From the NCBI RefSeq assembly GCF_009914755.1, contig NC_060933.1: a DNA stretch of 64,000 nucleotides. The stretch is one strand, 5' to 3'. Numbering within the stretch: position 1 is the first letter of the stretch; each line of letters begins with the position of its first letter. Shown piece by piece: positions 52,645 to 64,000 of this stretch. The notes beneath the pieces were generated by a model. The model was not told where the DNA came from. It searched no databases and saw nothing but the letters and a program-made list of their open reading frames with translations. The translations under genes were made by a program, and so were the position numbers. The DNA is from the human T2T-CHM13v2.0 reference genome, Homo sapiens.

Positions 52645-53784
52645 AGTGTGCCGTTATTAGAATCATTTTGGCTAAGGGGTGTTGGTTTGAATGGTGGTAT
52701 TGCTAAGGAGACTGATGCTAAAGGCACTCTTAGTAAGTGCAACTGTCGCTGAGGTTGATGTTCCAAAAGGCACTGATGTTAAGGACATTGTTGCTAAGCC
52801 TGTTTTTTAAAGTGTGCTGCTGTTATGGGTATTGTTGTTAAGGGTGTTGTAAGAGAAATCATTGCTGAGTACCACTGCTGCTGAGAGCATTGCCACTAAG
52901 ATCTAATATTGCCAAGGACAGTGTTGCTAAGGCCGTTGAACTTAAATGCATTTTAGTAAAGGCATTGTTCCTAAGGCTATTGTTAGGGGCTGTTGCGAAG
53001 GAACTGTGTTAAAGATATTATTGTTATAGTCGTTAAATCTAAGAGTTTTGATGTTAAGGGCCCTGATGCTAAAAACACGTTTAGATAATTTTTACTACAA
53101 CTCATTATGGCTAAGAATGTTGATGTTAGGTACATTATTGCAAGGCACTTTAGTAAAGTGTCTTGTTGCTAAATGATTATTGCTAAAGGCACTGTTGCTA
53201 AGGGGACTGTTTCTTAGTGAATCCATAAGAGCTTTGTTGCTAAGGGCCATTTTTGCTAAGAACATTGTTTCTAAGGGTGTTGAAGTTAAACACGTTATTA
53301 CTGAAAGCACTGTGGTAAAGGCATCTTACCTAAGGGTTTACTGCTAATAGCACTGTTACTCAAGGAACTGAGGCTAAGGGCATTGTTGCTGAGGGGGTTG
53401 TTATTAAGGGCATTTGTTATGAAAGGTCACTGTGTCTAAGTACAATTGCTTCTAAGGACATTGTTTGAAGGGCATTATTTCAAGGGTCATTGTTGCTAAG
53501 AGCATTAATGTCACCGACAGTGTTGTTCCTAAGGGAATGTTAGTAAGAGCATTGTTTCTAAGAGTATTGGTACAAAAGGACTCTTGCTAAGGACATTGTT
53601 GCAAATACATTTTGGTAAAGGCATTGTTCCTAAAGGGATTCTGGCTAAGGACACTGTTACAAGGGGCATCTTTTATAAGGGCATTGTTGCTAAAGTTGAT
53701 TTTACTAAAGGCCATTTTAGCTAAAGGCACTGTTGCTAAGTACACTGTTGTCAAGGATGTTGTTGCTAAGGGTGCTGTTGTTAA

Positions 53785-54192
<408 letters not shown>

Positions 54193-56849
54193 TAAGGCAC
54201 TATGCTAATGTTTTTGCTAAAAGTCATTGTTACAAAAGCTGTGGTTACTAATGATGTTGCTGCCATGGAACACGTGCCTAAGGGCGATATTTCAATTGGC
54301 ATCGATAGTAAGGTCACTGTTGCTAAGGAAGTTATTTCTAAGTGCATTGTTCCTGGAGCCATTGTAGTTATGGGTGATGTTCATAAGAGAACTGTTGAAG
54401 GTCACTGTGGCTAAAGGCATTATTACTATTGCTACTGTTTCTCATGATGCTGTTTCTACCAGCACTGATCCTAAATCTCGTGTTGCTAAGAGTATTGTTA
54501 CTGAGGGTATTACTGCTAAGTATATTGTTGCTTAGGGTACTATTGCTTAGAATGTTTTTGTATATTATTGTTAAGGACACTGTTTCTAAGATCATTGTTC
54601 CTAGGGTGTTAATGTTGGCAAGGGACATTTTTGCTGAAGGCATTGTGACTAAAGGCATTGTTGTTACAGGTATTTTCTTCAAAGGGCATTGTTGGGAAGG
54701 GGACATTTCTAGAGTCACTCTTGCTAAAGACTGTTGCTAAGACCATTTTACTAAGGTCAATGCTAACAGCATTATTACCAAGGCTTTATTTTTATGGCTC
54801 ACTGTTGGTTGCTAAAGTCATTGCTTCTAAGGGCCAAGAGGGCTGTTGTCAAGAATGCTGGTCTTAGGGGATTTTTGCTAATAGTAATATTGTTAGGACA
54901 TTGTTGCAAAGAGTGTGGTTGCTAAGGGCCATTGTTTATAAGGTAAACAATGGTAAACTCTTGGTAAGGCAAGTTTGGATAAGAGCACTGTTGCTAAGGG
55001 CACTGGTTATAGGGGTGATGCGCATGATTTTTTTACTAAGGACATTATTAAGAATGTCATTTCTAAGGTCAGTTGTTTACCCCTTTCTTGCTAATGGTAC
55101 TGATGTTAAGAGTGTTGGTTCTATGAGTATTACCATTCAGAGCATTTCTCCAGGAGCCATTGTTGCTAAGTTCATTGATATTATGTATTTTGTAGCTAGG
55201 GCATTGCTGTAAAGTGTGCTGTTGCCAACAACACTGTTGCTGATGTCATTATTGCTAAGGAGTTGATACTAAAAGCATTTTTACTAAGGTGCCATTGGTA
55301 AGAGTGCTGTTGTTAATGCCACTATAAAGGACATTTTTGTAAGGGCATTGTTGCTAATTGCTTTATTTCTAATTTTGTTATTGCTAAGGGCCATGGTTTT
55401 TGAAGGTATTATTTCTAAGGGTGTTTTTGCTAAGATACACTAACAGGCCATGGTTTGACCATTTCCAAAGTACCATGGCAATTTATAGAGGTAAATGGAC
55501 ATACCATTGTTCCTAAGGGCATTGTTGCTATGGACATTGATTTTAAAGACATTGTTGCCAATGGCATTGTTGCAATTGGCATAATTCCCACTATTTCTAC
55601 AGGCAATTATGCTAAGGCTGTTGTTGCTTAGAGATTTGTCAGTAAGGTGCACCATTGCTAATGATGTTGCTGCTAAGGACATTGTTGTTAGGGGCCATTG
55701 TTGTTATGTTGTGAGTGTTGTCTCTAGGGTCATTGTTCCTAAGGGCCATTTTTGTTAAGGGTCTTGATGCTAAAGGCCATTTTTTTAAAGGACATTTTGG
55801 TAAAGGTATTCATTTCAAGCTATTTGTTGCTAAGGTCATTGTTGTTTGGGGTGGTTGTTAAGGTCCATGATTGCTAATGTAAGATATTGCTTCTAGGAGT
55901 GTTAATGTCAGTCAAAGGTGTTGCTAAGAGCAACTGTGGCAAATAGTGTTATAGCTGAGGGCATTTTTCTAATGTTACTGTTGCTTAGATTATGTTGCCA
56001 AGAGTCTTTTGGCTAAAAGGGTTAATATTAACAATGTTGTCTTAAAGCATTATTCCTGATGGTGTCTATGCTAAGGGTATTGTTGCTATGGGATTTGTTG
56101 CTAAGGGCCATTATTAACAAGTCATTGTTGTGATAGGCATATTTTTAAAAGTGTTGGTGCTAAGGGCAATTGTTCTTAAGGATGTTTTTGCCAAGGGCAT
56201 TAGTGGTAAAAAATTGTTGCGAAAGCCATTTTTTTCTAAGTGGGTTGGTCCTAATGTATCCCACACCATGAAATCACTACCTCACTACTCTTCACCTCTC
56301 CCACTCCATACACCATATTTCCTTGTATCAGACACCTGCTGACATCACCAGTATAGGATCTTATTAGAACAAATGAGGCAAGTAGAGCAAAGTGGGCATC
56401 TCTCAGGGAACAAGAGTGTCCAGTGCAAAGTATCAGCCCATTCCAACCTTAGGACAGGTGCCAGGCTGATTAGGGGCCTCAGGTTTGAGCTAGTGACCCT
56501 GACCCTTTAAGCTCTGAGAACTTAAAGCTGGCTGAGCTCCAACCCTAAATGTTTTGTCCTATGAGTCATTATCTGTGAGCTATTTTTAAAAATATTTTGG
56601 ACTTCATCTATGTTTTTCCCCTAATGTGTTTCAATTTTGTGGGGACTCTAGTGGAAACAGAGGAAGTCATTGATTGTTCTTAAATCTTAAATGCATCTTT
56701 CCAACCTGTCAATGCACATAACTTAATCAGGTCTATGTTCATGCATAAGATAGTTCCATACATGAAGCATCTCACACTTCAATATGCTCTCTATATACAA
56801 TATTTTTCCACTTAAAATATCCACTAGGTTGAGTGAGGACATCGATAGC

Positions 56850-58300
<1,451 letters not shown>

Positions 58301-58319
58301 GAAAAGAAAAAAATCTCTC

Positions 58320-58610
58320 TTTTTTTTTTTTGAATGGAGTCTTGCTCTGTCACCCAGGCTGGACTGCAGTGGCGCAATCTCGGTTCACTGCAAGCCCAGA
58401 CCCCGGGTTCACGCCATTCTCCTGCCTCAGCCTCTTGAGTAGCTGGTACTACAGGTGCCTGCCACCACGCCCGGCTAATTTTTTGTATTTTTATTAGAGA
58501 GGGGGTTTCACCGTGTTAGCCACGATGGTCTCGATCTCCTGACCTAGTGATCCGCCCGCCTTGGCCTTCCAAAATGCTGGGATTACAGGCGTGAGCCACC
58601 GCGGCCGGCC
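58320..58610 (-). mobile_element. AluY/Sc
   Basis: Antisense Alu. Confidence 0.95.
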
Positions 58611-58875
58611 AGAAAGAAAAAAACATCTTAAAGAAAACCTAACAAAGTGACAACCAATCTTCAGACTGGTAGAAAGTATTTGCAATGTACAGATGCCACA
58701 AAAAATACCCAGAAAATATAAGGAATTTCTAGTATCAGGAGTATATTTTATTGATTGCCTTGAATGCTCAATAAGATCAAGAAACATGGAAATTTATAAA
58801 ACTAAATGAAAATTCATTCTATATTCTTGAATACTATAATTCACTGAATTATGTATATAGTAATATGTAAGATAA

Positions 58876-59204
<329 letters not shown>

Positions 59205-60952
59205 TCCATTTTCAAATTGATAGATATATTCAGTGCATTTCCCCTAAAAATTTTCACTGTGTTTTTTGAGTATTTAAACAACTATTAATAATTCTTAACT
59301 TCGTACAAAAAAAGTCAAAGGCCGAAGAATTGAAAACAAATCTGTAGAATAAAAATAATAATAATAAGATGTAAGGAACTGCCGTACACCAATCAAAATC
59401 CATAATGTTAGCCTTCAAGACAGCATGGGGCAAATCTCCTGATAGATGAAATAGCCCAAAGGAAAAAAAATAGAAGTCCAGTAAATGACTCAGAATTGAG
59501 TCGATAGACATTTATGGCAGATGGAGCACTGTACATCAGTGGGGAGACATAAATACATAGGACTGGGGCACTTGCTCTTCCAAATTCTTCATGACTCCCT
59601 CTTCATTGAGCCCTGAGGGAAATGGAGAGAGAGAAAAGTAAGTCGGGGACAGGTGAGACCATTCACTCCCAGATGCACCTCTATTTCCACATCTTCAACT
59701 TAGCCTCGTTAAGTGATTTTGTAAACAAGCTGAGAATACCAGATGGCTATGGTTCGCTTTGTTTGTGTATCTCCCCAATGCCAATGTGACTGCTTCAATA
59801 GACTATGTCACAGATATGTTGCTTGTAATATTTGACATGATGTGAATTTTTACTCAAGTTAAGCAACAGCCATGAGAGACAAGCACAGAGAGCCTATCCA
59901 TGTGTTTCTGACAAAGGTTCCTTTTTTATTGTTTTATGTTTATCAAGAGATTTCTTTTGACACATGTACTTTTTAAAATTTTTTATTTTGAAATAATTGT
60001 AGATTCACATGAAGTTGCAAAAAGAAAAAAAGGTACGCAAAGGTCCCTTATACATTTCACCAAGCGTAGGATTATTGTTGAGAATATGATAAATCGCACA
60101 TTCAGCCTACATAGATAAATGTTCTGTGGTTCTACTAGATATATGGTTCTACATAGATAAATGTTCCCAGGTCTCTGGGGCTCTCTCTTACAGAGAGGCT
60201 AAGCATGCTTTCTAACACAATATGCTAGACATAGCTGCAGTATTAGTCATTCAATTATTAAACTTAATAAAACTTCAAAAAATATTGTATGGCATATGTG
60301 TGTATGTCTGTGTGTGTATACACACAGACACACACACACACACATATGCAAAAGACTAATACTCTATTGTACCAAATTATGTTTAAAGAATTCAAGAGAA
60401 GCAACCCCTGTGTAGACAACAGATGCCCAGATTGTTCGTATGTTTCAAGGATATGTGAAGGAGTTTGACGACTGCTTTCTCATTTGGAGAGAAATTAAGC
60501 TGACTCTTGCAGTGACTTATTCTACATTAGTTGGTAGATCTCGGTGATTCAATTGCCTCTTCTGACAATTTTCTTTCTCAGAGAACCCCAATAATCATTT
60601 CTCATGTGCTTAACCATCCCCAGGATCTTCCTATATAAAAGCCATTCTCTATCAAATCTTTATACTTAAGGAAAGTTTGAGTACAGAGTACAGTCCAGTG
60701 GGGCCAGTGTTTTCCAGCCAGGTCCTATGGCCAAAACTTTCTACAATGGCATCTTAAATGCAATTAGCAGAAGGCTGATACCTCCAGAAGTAACAACCAA
60801 GTTGCTCACTTAGAGTTTCAGGAAGTCAGAGTTCATTTGTGGGCAAAGGATGCAGGTTACAGATATTGCTCTTATAGGTTAAGAAAAGGAAAGAAAACCC
60901 AGCAAAGTCAACCATCTTTCTGGAAATGTTGAAAAAATGTGAAAAAATTCCA

Positions 60953-61111
60953 TTTTTTTTTTGAGACGGAGTCTTGCTCTGTTGTATTTTTTTAGTAGAG
61001 ACGGCATTTCACCATGTTGACCAGAATGGTCTCGATCTCTTGACCTTGTGATCTGGTTGCCTCAGCCTCCCAAAGTTCTGGGATTACAGGCGTGAGCCAC
61101 CATGCCGGGCT
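60953..61111 (-). mobile_element. Alu with large internal deletion
   Basis: gctctgttg joined to tatttttttagtag; TSD gaaaattccatt. Confidence 0.9.
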
Positions 61112-61555
61112 GAAAATTCCATTAAATTTTAACTGTAGAGCTTCTTGCTCACCCCTAGGAGTTAGAAACTTGAGAAGGCAAGCTCATCCAGAGTTGGACA
61201 AGTCCCAGCTTTAAATAGAGTCTCAGGGAATGAGGTCAAGTCTTTGCTGGGGGTCTTGTAGATGATACACATGCAGGTCACTATTCTGAGTGGAGAGTTT
61301 TCTAGCACCTAGTGTTTGTGACACTCTTGTTGGAAACAAGTTGGAAAAAAGAGATCTCTGTAAAATTTGAGGGAGCTAAGTCTAAATCTGACTCATAAAC
61401 CCATCAGAAGCAGCTACCTTGTGAATTTAAACAGCTCTGGGAGAAATTGTGTGAATGGAAAAATAATTCCAAGTTGTTGAGTCTAAGATCACTGTCTTGA
61501 GTCCTGGGTTAGATATAGACATACAAGGTAAATGATGTAGAAAGAGAAACTCTAA

Positions 61556-61878
<323 letters not shown>

Positions 61879-62659
61879 CTAAACTCTTAATATCTGAGTT
61901 AGCTCAATTCTTCAAGGTTCAGGAAGATTTAAAGAATCACTTTTACTTTAAGGGTTAAAATAAAAAGATTCCTGAAGAGTTTTGTCATAATCCCATTAGT
62001 TACCTGCATAGTTTCCTAGCTTAAGACCTGGGGGAAAAATTGACTCAAATCTAAACTATCTTTAGATTCGGAGCATTAAAGAAGCTGCATCCTGGAAGAA
62101 ACATTCCAGACACAGTTGGACAAATAATTCAATAGCTGTCTACAAGGCTGTCTATACATTTTAGGGAATCCTTCAGTGCTTAAGAGACAAATCTCACTTA
62201 TTCCTCAGTCCCTTAACAGCTTTAAGAAGAATTCTCAATTTCCCCGTGCCTGCAATGGCTCTGTGTGGTAGCACAGGTAATGCCTAGGAGGAGAAGCTTG
62301 GAAAATTGTAAGACCTGGGGGTTATAAGCTTCATAATTTGTTCAGACATCCCATGATATTTTCCTGCTGCTCCAATCAAGGTTAGTGTTCAGGGTCGGAC
62401 TGCAGGATCATTTCTGAGATCAAAAGGCAAAGCAAGGGAAGGGCAATGCAGTTGCAATTTGTGCAAGAAGTTAAAAAGAGAAATTTATTCTCAAGCAAAA
62501 TGATTTTTCATTTATTCATTTTTACTGAGTTTAAACAGATGTTTGGGCAAGTTTAGCTACCACAGCTGTGATTGTCACACCCCTCTGTCTCTGTCTGAGG
62601 CCCTGGAAAAGAAAGTAACAGAGTGGGTTTAACATGTATTGCCAATTTCTCATTCCTAA

Positions 62660-64000
62660 GAGAAGTGAGGTATAATTGGCATACAATTAACTGCACATAT
62701 TTAAGGTGTACAGTGTGATAGTATTTGACACGTGTAAAACACAGGAAACTATCATTAAAAGTCAAGAATTAATATCTGTCACCCCAAAATGTTCCTGTTG
62801 CCCTTTGGCAAGCCTTCTCTTCCACTCCTCTCTATCAAACCAGGGTAGAAGGGTCTTACATGTTTTGTTGCTCAAATTTATCCCTAAGTATTTGATATTT
62901 TGCTGCTATTGTAAATCTCCTGGCTATTTTTTTTTTTTTTGTACTTTTAGTAGAGATGGGGTTTCACCGTGTTAGCCAGGATGGTCTCCATCTCCTGACC
63001 TCGTGATCTGTCCGCCTTGGCCTCCCAAAGTGCTGGGATTACAGGTATGAGCCACCGTGTATGGCCTATAAATCATAATTTTAAAATACAATTTCTGATT
63101 GTTCATTGCTAGTATAAGGAAGAAACTTTGTATAGTCGTATTCTATCCTTCAACTTTGCTTAACTAATTTGTTAGTACTAGTAGCTTTATCAGCTTATTA
63201 GTTAATAATAATTAGTAGCATATTAATTTCTGATAGTTTTTGTGTAGATTCCACAAAACTTCCTGTCATGTTACCTGAGAAACAGAAACAATTTTACTTT
63301 TTTTCCAATTCACCTGTGTGTTTTTCTCTTTTCTTTTGGCTTTATTGCCTCAATTACAATGTTGAATAGAAGTGGTAAGAGCTGACATTCTCATCTCATT
63401 CCTGATCTCAGGAGGAAAGCATTCAGTCTTTCAACATTAAGCGTGACATTACCTGTAGGTTTTTTGTAAATTACCTTAATCAGGTTGAAGAAGTTTCCTG
63501 CTAGTGCCAGTTTGCTGAGAGTTATTTTCTTCTGATTATACTGAGATAAGATCTTTTCTTTTTTAATTTCTCAATTTGGTGAACTACAGTGCTTGATTTT
63601 TAAAATTTTTATTTTATTGTGGTAAGAATATAACATGAGATCTACTCTCTTATGAGATTTTTCAGTATACAATAAAATATGGTTAACTATAGGCACAGTA
63701 TTATACAGCAGATCTCTAAAGCTAATTCATCTTGCATTAATGAAATTTTATACCCATTGATAAGCAACTCCTCACTTCCCTTTCACTCCCGTCCTGGCAA
63801 CCACCATTCCACTCTTTGATTCTATGAATTGTACTGTTAATATTTTCACTATCTAAGATAAGCAAATTATACGGGATTTGTCTTTCTGTGATTGGCTTAT
63901 TTCACTTGGAATAATATCCTCAAGGTTTATTCATGTTGTACATATTGCAGAATTTCTTTTTTAATGCTGAATAGTATTTCCATTGTATGTCTATACCACA
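62660..64000 (-). mobile_element. Old L1M/L1MA fragments with a left-monomer Alu at 62926-63066
   Basis: gaggtataattggcatacaatt; tgtggtaagaatataacatgagatctac. Confidence 0.82.

Overview
Human (primate) genomic DNA from the chromosome 9 pericentromeric segmental-duplication blocks. It contains exons 2-4 of an intact SPATA31A (FAM75A) gene (+, 573-5250; exon 1 lies upstream of the window), a processed PTS pseudogene (-, about 11440-12180) copied from an exon-3-skipped mRNA, and a FAM74A gene (+, about 14600-21500) whose first exon is a 10-unit 34-bp VNTR open in all three frames. There are about 40 Alus plus L1, MaLR/ERV LTR, Tigger1 and MADE1 copies. Features not explained by these: (i) a ~8.8-kb, TE-interrupted, degenerate 15-bp array (47471-56240) whose variation looks synonymous in a minus-strand N-x-L-S-N frame; (ii) a chain of small minus-strand exon-like segments (28.1-42.7 kb) that may be a dead, unidentified multi-exon gene; (iii) an order-permuted LTR1/L1 block (42692-47194). 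Gene and repeat-family names come from recall, not database searches. Repeat boundaries are approximate.
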